64,000 nt of DNA from Octopus sinensis (lineage: Eukaryota). The stretch spans positions 17,174,001 to 17,238,000 of the forward strand of contig NC_042999.1 in assembly GCF_006345805.1 (NCBI RefSeq). The letters run 5' to 3'. Below are positions 40,563 through 53,470 of the stretch, piece by piece. The translations under genes were made by a program, and so were the position numbers. Numbering within the stretch: position 1 is the stretch's first letter; each line of letters begins with the position of its first letter. The notes beneath the pieces were generated by a model. It was not told the DNA's origin. It saw nothing but the letters and a program-made list of their open reading frames with translations, and did not search any database.

Positions 40563-42051
40563 TATATTAATTGGTATGAATAAACTGCTAAATATATTGT
40601 TTCTATTAATATTGTACATGCTTTATAACATGCTCTCATTTGTGTTTGCCTGTCCATTGATAGTTTGTATTATCTTCCTTCATCATAACTCTCTCTATCT
40701 TATATTCACCCACCACTGCTCTGCTTTCTTTCTTCTTCAATACTTCAGCATCGTTCATCCATTTTTTTTCTCTTTATTCTCTTCACCTAATTCTGTTTTA
40801 GCTTTATGATCACAGAATTATTTTTTTTCTCTGCTCCTCTCTTTTACTCATACATATTGCCACCACTTCTTTCCACTTACCAAAGATATACCACCTACGA
40901 GGGAATATTTTACTGACCGACCTACAAGATCCGTTACCATAGCTACATATATATTCTGATTTCCATGAATCAACATTAGTTCTTAGAAGTTTCTTTTGTA
41001 ATTCACAGATTATTGTATAAACATATTCTAGGAATACGCGTGCCTTTCAGTTCTACGTGATTTAATAAATGGAATTGTTGATCTTAACAATCGAAGACGA
41101 GTTTCAATAGATTTTATTTGAAAGAAGAAAACTACTCACTGAATACCGAACACTATAATATTGTTATCGACAATTTTGCTAACACTACCAGTTTTTTTGT
41201 TTATGCCTTTTCTTTTGTTACGGCGTAATATATCGCTTCCCAATTTTTCTCTTTGTTTAGAGCATTTAACCAGAATACGGTGGTCAATATATTATCCAAT
41301 CATAGATTTAAGTCGTATTCTTCCACAGTATACAGCCCTGCTTTTAAAACTGCTCGAGAAAAATGGAGGCTATAGTATATATTTTCGTAGAGTTTAAAAA
41401 GTACCAAACTGAAATATTGAAAAATATCTCCTAATGCTATTTTCATGTTCCTTGTCAGATGAAGTAGTTATTTTTGTATGAATAGCAATTTGCTTTGTAT
41501 GAAATTCTATATTTAGCATATCTGGAGACATAGTGACGCGTGCACCCGGTATCTATCTCCAGCTAAATGATAAAATTTAACAGTGCAAACACAAAATATA
41601 ATTATTTTGTTTTAAATTATTTACATATACCTTAGCAAATAGCTTATTATTACGTTATAGCTACCGTCTGCAGTGAGATAACAGAATAGTTAGCACACCA
41701 GACAAAATGCTAAATGGCATTTCTTACGTCCTTACGTTCTAGTATCAAATTCAGAAGAGACAGACCTTGAGTTTCATCCTTTTGGGTAGATGAAATTCTT
41801 AACAGCTAGTCACTGAAGTCGATGTATTCGATTAGCCACCCCCACCAGAATTTCAGGCCTTGCGCTTATTAGTAGCAATTTTTTTATATCTTTGCTACTT
41901 ATGTGGAACTAAATCTTCCTACAATAATATTTCTTTCGATCACAAATCAAAACTAAGGAAACGTGGTAATAACACACATGTTCACAAACACTAGGTGAGA
42001 TAATCATCATTCAAAGAGAAATGCGGTCTGGTAACTATATTTCTTTTATAC

Positions 42052-42437
42052 TGTAGGCACAAGGCCTCAAGTTTTGGGGGAGGGGTCAATCAATTAGATC
42101 GACTCCAGTGCGCAAGTGGTACTTAATTTATTGACCCAGAAAGGACGACAGGGAAGTCGACCTCAGCGGAATTTGAACTCACAACGTTAAATCAGACTAG
42201 ATACCTATTTCTTTACTACCCACAAGGGGCTAAACACAGAGAGGAGAAACAAGGACAGGCAAACGGATTTAGTCGATTATATCGACCCCAGTGCGTAACT
42301 GGTACTTAATTTATCGACCCCGAAAGGATGAAAGGCAAAGTCGACGTCGGCGGAATTTGAACTCAGAACGTAACGGCAGACGAAATACGGCTACGCATTT
42401 CGCCCGGCGTGCTAACGAATCTGCCAGCTCGCCGCCT
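42052..42437 (-). mobile_element. SINE family B dimer with alternative terminal tail
   Basis: Head at 42437; the distal unit ends CCCCCAAAACTTGAGGCCTTGTGCCTACAG. Confidence 0.8.
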
Positions 42438-43110
42438 TTCTGATAACTATGTTTCCAGCCTCTATCACACCAGATTGTGCCCAGAAAATGAAATCATCTC
42501 CTTTAAAGATTACATTATACATAAAGTAAAAGAAATCTTATCGGCATCTCCAGTAATGAATATATACTTAGATCTTAATTTAATTGATAGAAATAAGCGT
42601 ATTAATTTGAAGTAAGTGCATACGAATTTTTTGCGTAGTACACATAGCGTTTGTTATAAATAAATTATCACAGCTAATTACTATCTGGATCAAACTGGTG
42701 CGTAGAAAGAAACAAAGGATTCCTTAAATAAAATGCTATAATAAATATCAATTACGTATATCTTTTGCCTTTCACTACAACACAACAAATGTCAGTCTGA
42801 CCTGTTTCTGAGTGTAGTTCATCGCGAAGCAATGCAGTTCTTTATAACAATTCACACACGAGCGTGCTGTTTTAATTAACAAACTTATACTTCTCATCTA
42901 GTGTATAGATTCCTTTGAATAATATCATAGACAGTGATGGAAATGTCTTATAAACTATATATAAACTTCGTTCATTTTGTAGTTGAAAGCTTAGAAACCA
43001 AGCACACCTCAGCTTTATTATGCCAGAAGCGTATTCGTATATATAATCGATTACAAGTACTCTATTTGGCATCGCTATGTCATTATCAATCCATCAATAT
43101 ATCTTGTCTG

Positions 43111-43167
<57 letters not shown>

Positions 43168-43543
43168 TTATCCATCTATATCTATCTATCTATCAACCTT
43201 CTGTTTGTTCCTTAGTCTCTCTATCCGTTTATTTATGTCATTGCGTATACATCCGTGCTAGATTCATATCTATGAGTTTGTATATATATATAATTAATTT
43301 TCCATTAACTTTTACTGTCAATCGTTCACAGATTAGCTCATCTATTTCTCATTTTATTTCGACTCTATTTCAAATGTGTCTATAGCCAGCTGGAGGAGAT
43401 ATCTTCCTGGGGCTACAAACTACAGTAGCATCCACCCTTAGGGGTTAGCCATATTCAAATGGCAAATATGCGTCACGATGTGTTACCGCTACTGTTTATA
43501 ACTCGCTCTGAGATTTATCATTGTCATATATATATATATATAT

Positions 43544-43830
43544 ATATTGTTATATTTCAGAATGGTCATATTGCCAGTTTAGCCAATAAAAACACACGCA
43601 CTATATATTTGGTGTGATTTTGCTTCAGTGATATTTATTTTTTACATTAATCTTAATCTTATTTCGGCCAGAGTTCTTTCGTCACACTCCTGTGACCGCA
43701 TCAGTGGTCCTTTGTTTTCTTCTTTCGTATTTATTGGCTAAACTGGCAATATGACCATTCCGAAATATAACAATATCTGTTTCAACACACGACTTCACAT
43801 AAAAAATCTTGCACAACAAATATTTAAACG
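43544..43830 (-). mobile_element. Penelope-like remnant with 47-bp inverted repeats and a degenerate hammerhead
   Basis: IRs 43544-43590 and 43730-43776. Minus strand 43710-43666: ggacca CTGATGC G GTCACA ggag TGTGAC GAAA GAACTC tggcc. Flanked by (TA)n. Confidence 0.65.
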
Positions 43831-43857
<27 letters not shown>

Positions 43858-43861
<4 letters not shown>

Positions 43862-44805
43862 ATAAATATTAGGGAATAAATCCAAATTTACAGGGAAAAA
43901 ATCAGATTTAGGATTAAATCCAATTTTATAGTAAAATATTATAAAATATTATTAGAGACAAAACCACTATTTTGCAAAACAAACAAGGAAAGACTTAATA
44001 GGAATATCTTTCAAAGATGAATCCCAAAACAGCGGTTCTATCTTACCTGTAAAATCTATAATTTACGAAATTGAGGTATTACACTCATATACAAAATTAT
44101 CAATATTATATAAATAATAAATATTAGGGAATAAATCCAAATTTACAGGGAAAAAATCAGATTTAGGATTAAATCCAATTTTATAGTAAAATATTATAAA
44201 ATATTATTAGAGACAAAACCACTATTTTGCAAAACAAACAAGGAAAGACTTAATAGGAATATCTTTCAAAGATGAATCCCAAAACAGCGGTTCTATCTTA
44301 CCTGTAAAATCCATAATTTACGAAATTGAGGTATTACACTCAATATACAAAATTATCAATATTATATAAATAATAAATATTAGGGAATAAATCCAAATTT
44401 ACAGGGAAAAAATCAGATTTAGGATTAAATCCAATTTTATAGTAAAATATTATAAAATATTATTAGAGACAAAACCACTATTTTGCAAAACAAACAAGGA
44501 AAGACTTAATAGGAATATCTTTCAAAGATGAATCCCAAAACAGCGGTTCTATCTTACCCGTAAAATCCATAATTTACGAAATTGAGGTATTACACTCAAT
44601 ATACAAAATTATCAATATTATATAAATAATAAATATTAGGGAATAAATCCAAATTTACAGGGAAAAAATCAGATTTAGGATTCGATCAAGACAAGTAACA
44701 ATTGTAGTGGCGGTTTTTTTGACTATTTCTTAAAATTTTATGTATTGATTAAGTCTTTCCTTGTTTGTTTTGCAAAATAGTGGTTTTGTCTCTAATAATA
44801 TTTTA
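43858..44805. repeat. Tandem array of 255-256-bp units (3 + partial) followed by an inverted partial copy
   Basis: AGGGAATAAATCC recurs at 43871, 44126, 44382 and 44638; 44748-44805 is the reverse complement of ~43942-43999; bounded by (TA)n. Confidence 0.9.
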
Positions 44806-44836
<31 letters not shown>

Positions 44837-45455
44837 CTTTGCACCTACTCGTTTAATGATCACGACTGTAGGATTTTCAAAATATTGTTTGCAATGTATA
44901 TATCGTAATTATATATTCATTACTAAAAATTATGATATAATTAATTTGTGATTTTGAAAGATACATATTTTAGGAAAGATAACCCATAAGATTTTGCTTA
45001 TGATTGAAGCGATGCCAAGAGCTGTAAATTTTATATAATTGAAATTTCATTTAAGTTTGTTAACTTTCATTTTACTTAACCCATTATCTCCATTAAAGTA
45101 TATGAAGTTTTTGGATTTAAAATTTCCGCGTTTATGTATTACTTATTAACGCTGATAAATGCTTCTGAAATAGTGCTATATATAGTAAAAATCATTTGTA
45201 TTTATGAAGGAATGTTCTAACATAAATAAATGAGTGTGAAATATGATAAGTGAATGCGAGTTTCACTACATATCTTAGCATTTGGAGTCTAAAGCCTGTA
45301 CAATTCAGCTTTACCACTCAACCAATAAAACATGTACGAAACATCGAAATAAGTACCCGGATATATACGATCGATTGTACTCTACTGGGCACTGCTCGAG
45401 CTAAGTTAATATTCAATTCCTGAAAGCAGCTCAGTACTAAACGAAAGTTATACCA

Positions 45456-46414
45456 TTGGAAGTGTTCAATAAGTAATGCCTCTGACCCACTTGTATTTGT
45501 TTGATCTTGCTGAAATTTCGCATGCGCAATTATCTATATCTCTATAGATTAAGTGGCAAATTGTGGTTTCTGATATTCAGGTGTTTGAACTGAGTCAAGT
45601 GTGAAATGGAGCCTGTTGAGTGTCGAGCAGTGATCCGGTTTTTGTATTTGAAAGGACGCACACCACGGGAGACTTTTGATGAAATGAAAGTAACTTATGG
45701 TGATGATGCCCCATCATATGACCTTGTAAAACGATGGCATCGTGAATTCAGACATGGTCGGAACTCTGTGGAAACAGCTCCCAGATCTGGTCGCCCCCCT
45801 TCTGCCATTGATGAGGCATCTGTCCATCAAGTTGAGGCTGCCATTTTGGAAGGTCGACGCATAACTATTCGCCAAAAAGCTCATGACGTCAAGATTAGTA
45901 ACGGGTCTGTGAAAATTTTCATTCATGACAAAGGGTACCACAATTACAGGAACCTATTATGCTTCACTTTTGAGGAAATTAAGAGAAGCTATCAAAATCA
46001 AGAGGCGGGGCAAGATCAACAAAGGCATCCTCCTCGTGCAGGACAACGCTCCGGTCCACAACTCGCGTGTCGCCAGATCAGAAGCAGAGGCGTGCGGCTA
46101 TGAACTCCTCACCCATTCCCCCTACTCTCCTGACCTTGCACCCTCTGATTTTCACCTCTTCCCAGCCATAAAGTTGTTTTTGAAAGGAAAGCGTTTCCCA
46201 GATGATGCAGCCTTGATTTTTGAAGTTACGTTGTGGTTGGAGGACCAAGCTGAGGTCTTCTACAAAAACGGTCTCCAGAGCTGCATCAAACGATGGGAGA
46301 AATGCGTAACTCAGGGCGGTTCCTATGTAGAAAAAGACTAAAAACTGTGCCAAGTTTCGTTGCTCTACTGCTATGGGAAGTGGGTCAGGGGCATTACTTA
46401 TTGAACGCCCCTCG
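45456..46414 (+). mobile_element. Mariner (DD34D, irritans/Hsmar2-like TIR) transposon, internally deleted
   Basis: Inverted ends: left GTTCAATAAGTAATGCCTCTGACCCACTT, right AAGTGGGTCAGGGGCATTACTTATTGAACGCCCCTCG|TA. At ~960 bp it is shorter than a typical ~1.3-kb mariner. Confidence 0.9.
45606..46341 (+). pseudogene. Mariner transposase remnant
   Basis: N-terminal HTH (RAVIRFLYLKG...VKRWHREF...PRSGRP) joined out of frame at ~45925 to the C-terminus QDNAPVH...HSPYSPDLAPSDFHLF. The WVPHEL linker and first catalytic Asp region are missing. Confidence 0.9.
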
Positions 46415-46497
46415 TAAGTCATAATTAATGTGTTAACTCACTTTTAACTCAGTCGGATATAGAAATAATGTTTACGAGGTCAGCGGTTTCTTTACTA

Positions 46498-46603
46498 TCA
46501 CTAGCTACAGTGGTACATATCCTAAAATTGGAACGATACAGAGAAGAATAGCATGGCCCCTGCCCAAGGATGTCACGCAAATTCGTGAAGCGTCCCATAT
46601 TTT
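46498..46603 (+). pseudogene. RNU6: U6 snRNA pseudogene (diverged full-length copy)
   Basis: ACATATcCTAAAATTGGAACGATACAGAGAAGAaTAGCATGGCCCCTGCcCAAGGATGtCACGCAAATTCGTGAAGCGTcCCATATTTT matches U6, with the ACAGAGA box and AGC triad intact. It has several substitutions and a decayed 5' stem. Confidence 0.92.
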
Positions 46604-46607
46604 CTTA

Positions 46608-46776
46608 TAGGCGTAGGAGTGGGTGTGTGGTAAGTAGCTTGCTTACCAACCTAATGGTTCCGGGTTCAGTCCCACTGCGTGGCAACTTGGGCAAGTGTCT
46701 CCTATTATAGCCTCGGGCCGACCAAAGCTTTGTGAGAGGATCTGGTAGACAGAAACTGAATGAAGCCTGTCGTATG

Positions 46777-46821
<45 letters not shown>

Positions 46822-47059
46822 GTATGTGTGTGTGTGTGTGTGTGTGTGTATTTTTGTGTCTGTGTTTGTCCCCCGCAACATCGCTTGACAATCGATGCTG
46901 GTGTGTTTACCTCACCGTAACTTAGCAGTTCAACAAAATAGACCGATAGAATAAGTACTAGGCTTACAAAGTATAAGTCCTTGGGTCGATTTCATTGAAT
47001 AAAGCGGTGTTCCAGCAATGTCGCAGTCAAATGACTGAAATAAGTAAAACAGTGAAAGA

Positions 47060-47062
<3 letters not shown>
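46608..47062 (+). mobile_element. SINE family A directly downstream of the U6 pseudogene
   Basis: AGGCGTAGGAGTGGGTGTGTGGTAAG...GACTGAAATAAGTAAAACAG. Confidence 0.85.
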
Positions 47063-47099
<37 letters not shown>

Positions 47100-48310
47100 T
47101 ATATACATACATATATTCGTCATAAATATTTCACCAAAATTATATTATTACAATATATATATATATAGAGAGAGAGATATAATAACAAAATAATAAATAA
47201 AACATATGCATATATACATACATATATGTACGTACCTACATCTATATGTATATATACATGTTTATATGGCTACAGGACACACAAAAAACAAACGTCGAAC
47301 ACAATGAGAAACAAAAACATAAAAACAAACCAAGGAAACGGACGTTTTTTAAACAATGAAAAAACAGAGTAAAAGACATACAACACTAGGAAAATTCCCC
47401 TTCTTCAGCCGCTTCAGTTTCGTCTACTCCGTGTTTTGAAGGTAAAGGCGAGACACGACTTCTGGAAACTGTCCTTCCGCAAAGCAAAAAAAATAAAATT
47501 TGAGATTTTTTGCGGAGGGGTAAAAGTGGTCACAAAAACAGGACAGTAAAAACAATACAAATAAAAACTGTAAAAGACAGGACAAGGAGAATAACAGTAG
47601 CACAAACATTAAGGGCTGTTAAGCCTGAGCGAAAGAAAAATTATTTTGAACGCTTTGAAAACGGTTTGAGAGGGACTGGGAATGCCGTCTACACTTGTTG
47701 GAAGCAGTAGTCAGGAAGGCAGTAGACATCTGGATAGGTGAAGAAGGGTTGTGAAGGACAGGTAAGTGATGCTGGGGCCGTTAGCATCGCTTTCATTTTA
47801 CCATTTTTTCATTTAAAATTCATTTTCCATATTATCAATTATAATGTTCTATGTCCCCAATGTTTTGTAATGTCCCGTCTGCATCGCCCCTTGTGGGTAA
47901 TAAAAGATCAGGCAGTAGACCTCTGGTCATGTGTCAATGACGGGAAGGAGGAGGAGTGAGAGAAAGGGACAGAAAAAGGGAAGCGTTGTAGAGAAAACCA
48001 GAAAGAATGAAAAATGAGAGAGAGAGAGAGGGACAGTAAGGTTAGAAGAAAGGAAACCAGAAAGAGTGAAGAATGAGAGAGGGATGGGGACAGAAAAGTT
48101 AAGAGTGCGCATTATTATTATTAAGATAAAACTTACTTGGAAATGGAAGCGTGGTGTTCCATCATATAATAACGAAATAATAAATAAAACATATGCGTGT
48201 TTGTATACATGCTTGTCTTTGAATATTCTAAAATGTGTTTCTAGGCATGTTCACTCACCCCCACACACATACACGCTCATATGTTTAATTACGTACTTGT
48301 CAAAATATGT

Positions 48311-48343
<33 letters not shown>

Positions 48344-48976
48344 TAGCTATGTATGTATATATAGGTTCATTCCATATATATTACTATATATGTCTTCTGC
48401 CCATTTGCATTTATATGCGCAGTTTAATATTCTCGTTTTGGTGTCCTATACCTACAAATTCTGATCCTTTCTTTATATTACTTTATGTTCTGATATCATA
48501 TGCTTCATTACGTTTGTATTTGTACGGATTCTTGTTTGTTGATATTTTCATATATCAGCCTGTTTGTGATTGAATTCCAATCATTAATATATCCATGCGT
48601 ATATATTTATGCTTACCATACAATACTCTAGGCATCATTGTTAGAAATATGTCATGCTAGCTTTTTCTGTTTTATTCCTCCCGGCTATATAAATAATACC
48701 TCCACGATTTCTGCATTAATTTTTCTCTTTGTTTATATCAGCTACTTCAATGACTATAGAGAAATCTTTCTAAACATATTCCAACGCTTCTTGCTATCCC
48801 TTTGCAGTGCATGGTTTTATACGATTTGCTGCTTTGTGAGTTCGAAAATATTTTCCATATACGTTATAGATTCCTCTAAAAATGTATTGCTGTTCATTAG
48901 CTGCTGATAGCCCTTTCTCTTTCCAGTTCATTTACAAAATTTGCTGTAGGCAAAATTTTCTAATATCTTTCTCAAT

Positions 48977-49378
48977 AGGCGCAGGAGTGGCTGTGTGGTA
49001 AGTAGCTTGCTAACCAACCACATGGTTCCGGGTTCAGTCCCACTGCGCGGCATCTTGGGCAAGTGTCTTCTACTATAGCCTCGGGCCGACCAATGCCTTG
49101 TGAATGGATTTGGTAGACGGAAACTGAAAGAAGCCTGTCGTATATATGTATATATATATGTATTTGTGTGTATGTTTGTGTGTCTGTGTTTGTCCCCCTA
49201 GCATTGCTTCACAACCGATGCTGGTGTGTTTACGTACCCGTCACTTAGCGGTTCGGCAGAAGAGACCGATAGAATAAGTACTGGGCTTACAAAGAATAAG
49301 CCCCGGGGTCGATTTGCTCGACTAAAGGTGGTGCTCCAGCATGGCCGCAGTCAAATGACTGAAACAAGTAAAAGAGTA
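48977..49378 (+). mobile_element. SINE family A (reference copy)
   Basis: A-box-like TGGCTGTGTGG, B-box-like GGTTCAGTCCC, CORE-like CTTGGGCAAGTGTCTT, tail AAGTAAAAGAGTA. Confidence 0.88.
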
Positions 49379-49470
49379 TATCTAATGTAATTTGCTGAGT
49401 TGCTGTGCCGTATCTTGAATTTGGTGTAGACGTAAGTCCTTGTTGGAAATTTGTATATATATATATTTGG

Positions 49471-49645
49471 AGGCGTAGGAGTGGCTGTGTGGGAAGTATC
49501 TTGCTTACCAGCCACATGGTTCCGGGTTCAGTCCCACTGCATGGCACCTTGGGCAAGTCTCTTCTACTATATCCTCAGGTCGACCAAAGCCTTGTAAGTG
49601 GATTTGATAGACAGAAACTGAAAGAAGCCCGTCGTAAGTATATAC
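49471..49645 (+). mobile_element. SINE family A, 5' half
   Basis: Head up to the internal microsatellite. Confidence 0.8.
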
Positions 49646-50005
49646 ATATAAATATGTATAAAATTCGTAGTAGTTTTGAGGGAAACTGGAAGAGAGACAC
49701 TCATATCTGTTTGTCACTACCTGAAATTTGTGTATTCATTATGATTAAAATAATAAATATCTGTGTTGTATATAACGCCTCCTGTTGTTATGGCAAAATA
49801 TCAATCTTTGAAGATGAGATCTGTGGTGAAAGAGATTCAAGCTGTCACCATTCGCTCTTGCAGTGAAATGAGACTTCATTTACAAATTTTTTTTTCTCAG
49901 AATTATTAATTTCTCGTATCTAATTCGTTTTATTTTTATCTTCTGATTTCTTCATGGAATGAAAACAAAAATTAAACGTTTACCAAAGGGCCCATAATTT
50001 CATCA

Positions 50006-50389
50006 GTGGAGGCGCAATGGCCCAGTGGTTAGGGCAGCGGACTCAGGGTCATAGGATCGTGGTTTCGATTCCCAGACCGGGCGTTGTGAGTGTTTATTGA
50101 GCGAAAACACCTAAAGCTCCACCAGGCTCCGGCATGGATGGTGGTGATCCCTGCTGTACTCTTTCACCACAACTTTCTCTCACTCTTACTTCCTGTTTCT
50201 GTTGTACCTGTATTTCAAAGGGCCGGCCTTGTCACTCTCTGTGTCACGCTGAATATCCCCGAGAACTACGTTAAGGATGCACGTGTCTGTGGAGTGCTCA
50301 GACACTTACACGTTAATTTCACGAGCAGGCTGTTCCGTTGATCGGATCAACCGGAACCCTCATCGTCGTAACCGACGGAGTGCTTCCAC
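50006..50389 (+). mobile_element. SINE family C with TSD
   Basis: TSD AATTTCATCA at 49996-50005 and 50390-50399. Confidence 0.9.
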
Positions 50390-51231
50390 AATTTCATCAC
50401 ACATCTTTAATAGTAATATTGTGTACAAACCTGATCAGTGCATAGGATTTAGTTATTTTTTAACAGCCACCAATATTGCAGCGATTCAACTAAATTCAAA
50501 TTTACCCCTCGGCAGCTGAAAGTTTTTTTCGACACCTCATATTACGAATCTTTTCCCTTGTTAAATATTCATTCTTCTTGAGAATTCAGTATTAAAATAT
50601 AAACGGAATATAACAAATAACACAAGTGTTCCACTATTTCTTGATAATTATATTGATTCAGATTTCAGGTAGCTAATCTTGGAAACATTATGTTCAAATG
50701 TAGAGCGGTGATTGTTGCTAAGTTATCTTGAGATTATTATTGAATATAGAAATTAGTCATCGTTACCTAAAGCTACTGGATATTACGACATGAAAGAAGG
50801 TGAAATATGTTTAAGGCATTAGCAATATTCGCTGTGATAGTTAATAATATCACATCTTGAATCTGACAAAGCTAGAATAGTGTAACAGACTTGAAGTAAT
50901 ATTACAGCAACACAACATATTAGCTTGTTGCCATGATGATAAATCCCATTTTGACTTACATTTCTCTCTTTCCAGATAGTTGAACACATTCATCAAGTGT
51001 CTTATCTGAGATCTCTTAAACATTTTCGCTTCAGAAATTATTTATTACTGAATAGTTCTCCGTTATGCTGTTCACCTGAAACAGGTTATGCCGGTGTATA
51101 GTGGCATTCTGAAGCGTAGACATTTAGTGCAATAGAATTTACGTTATTAAAAGGTTGTAATCATACGAGGGACCTGATGATACCGGTGCAAATATAAAGC
51201 AAATATAAGGTGATGTTTGTTAAGCTGGTTT

Positions 51232-51464
51232 AAGGCGGCGAGCTGGCAGAAGCGTTGGCGTGCCGGGCAAAATGCTTAGCGGTATTTCGTCTGTCGTTAC
51301 GTTCTGAGTTCAAATTCCGCCGAGGTCGACTTTGCCTTTCAACCTTTCGGGGTCGATAAATAAAGTACCAGTTTCGCACTGGGGTCGATATAATCGACTT
51401 AATCCGTTTGTCTGTCCTTGTTTGTCCCCCCTGTGTTTAATCCCTTGTGGGTAGTAAAGAAATA
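51232..51464 (+). mobile_element. SINE family B monomer
   Basis: Full similarity to the 37106 copy. Confidence 0.85.
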
Positions 51465-51536
51465 TACTTCTGTAATATCCTGGCGTACACAGAGCAGTTA
51501 TTAATTTTGTGTTTACGGAATTCCACATATGCCAGA

Positions 51537-51790
51537 GTGGAGGCGCGTGGTTTAGTGGCCAGGGTGTCAGCATCATGATCGCAAGATTGTGATTTCGATT
51601 CTTGGACCGGGCGACGCGTTGTGTTCTTCAGCAAGACACTTCATTCCACGTTGCTCCTGATCACTCAGCTGGCAAAGAAGGAGTAACGCTGCGATGGACT
51701 GGCGTCCCGTCCAACTGGGGAACACATACACCATTGAAACCGGGAAACCGGGCCCATGAGCCTGGCTATGGTTTAAAAGGGCGCATTTTA
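51537..51790 (+). mobile_element. SINE family D (tRNA head + CORE-like domain + tail 3)
   Basis: GTGGAGGCGCGTGG...TTGTGTTCTTCAGCAAGACACTT...GCTGCGATGGACTGGCGTCCCGTCC. Older relatives at ~15526-15670 (+) and ~32400-32535 (-). Confidence 0.75.
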
Positions 51791-52341
51791 TTTATTTACA
51801 TATGCCACAACATATAACTTTCATTACCAATGTCAAGAATGTATATAAGCGTGTATCTTCAATAGCCAATGCCATTTTGGGGATAAAAAAATATTTGACA
51901 CCGTCCTGTGCATAACGTGTAATAGTCTGGAGCATTTCAACACACTATGGAATACAAAACATGCCATTTACCGATTATATCCAACTGCGAAAGGACATGT
52001 TTCATTTCAACAATGAGAATACCACCAATTATTGGAATTATGAATCATTACTTAAGCTCACGATTAAAAATTTATAGAAAAACATAACTGAAATTATAAA
52101 ACGCACCAGCATCTTTCACAACTATTTAAAATAAAAATTACACTTCTTCATTCAATAAATTACTTTTCGGAACCCCGAATTATGAAAGTTATTTACAGAT
52201 AAAGAATATTCAAAATTTAACGGGATGTTAACTGAAATATTAAAAATAAATATATGAAGAAGAGAAAGACGTTTAACTCAACATTCAACGAGATATAGAA
52301 TGGAATCATTTTCTTCGATCCTCCTTTAATTTACCTTATAT

Positions 52342-52573
52342 GTTTCTTTATTACCCACAAGGGGCTAAACATAGAGAGGACAAACAAGGACAGACAAACG
52401 GATTAAGTCGATTACATCGACCACAGTGCGTAACTGGTACTTAATTCATCGACCCCGAAAGGATGAAAGGCAAAGTCGACCTCGGCGGAATTTGAACTCA
52501 GAACGTAGCGACGGGCGAAATACCGAGAAGCACTTCGCCCGGCGTGATAACGTCTCTGCCATCTCGCCGCCTT
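52342..52573 (-). mobile_element. SINE family B monomer with TSD
   Basis: Flanked by direct repeat TCCTTTAATTTACCTTATA (~52322-52340 and ~52575-52592). Confidence 0.85.
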
Positions 52574-53059
52574 TCCTTTAATTTACCTTATAAGGAGTGG
52601 ACGATCATGTTTTGTTAAAAAAAAAACATAAAATTGAGGGTTATATTTTATTAGTTTCTAAAAGACTATTTTCTTCAAACTTCCTTACCCAAGAAAAATT
52701 ATTTGAAATTTTAGTTACAAATTTTTGCAGAAAGACAGTAATTTCGGGCAAGGTGGAGGAATAGGTCGATTACATCGACCCCGGTGTTCAACGGGTACCT
52801 TGTCTATCGACCCGAAAATGACGAAAGGCAAAGCCAGTCTTGGTGGCATGTGAACTCAAAACGTAAAGATATTTGAAATATAAAAATAGACTTTAGTAAA
52901 ACGCCGTGTGAGGAAACCATTGAAAGCTAATTATCAATAACCAAAAAAAATTACCGAAGAAATTTGATAACTTTTAAAAATAAGTGATTCTGGAAGTAAA
53001 TGAAAGGCAATATAGCATTTTCCCAATAAATGAATAGAGAACGGCATTTGAATAAACTT

Positions 53060-53470
53060 GGTGAGCAGGCAGAAACGTTGGCATGCCGGGCGAAATGCGT
53101 GGCCGTATTTCAACTGCCGTTACGTTCTGAGTTCAAATTCCGACCGAGGTCGACTTTGCCTTTCATCCTTTCGGGGTCGATAAATTAAGTACCAGTTACG
53201 CACTGGGGTCGATATAATCGACTTATCCGTTTGTCTGTCCTTGCTTGTCTTCTCTGTGTTTAACTCCTTGTGGGTAGTAAGGAAATAGGTATTTCGTCTG
53301 CCGCAACGTCCTGAGTTCAAATTCCGACCGAGGTCGACTTTGCCTTTCATCCATTCGGGATCGATAAATTAAGTACCAGTTACGCACTGGAATCGATATA
53401 ATCGACTTAATCCATATGTCTGTGGTTGTTTGCTCTCTCTGTGTTCAGTCCCTTGTAGATAGTAAAGACA
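53060..53470 (+). mobile_element. SINE family B dimer
   Basis: One head, two body units. Confidence 0.82.

Noticed and set aside
47380-47490. Hammerhead-like pieces on the minus strand (CTGAAGA; GAAGG/CCTTC stem; AAAACACGGAGTA)
   Set aside because: The core boxes cannot be assembled in a consistent order with paired stems; at best a decayed motif.
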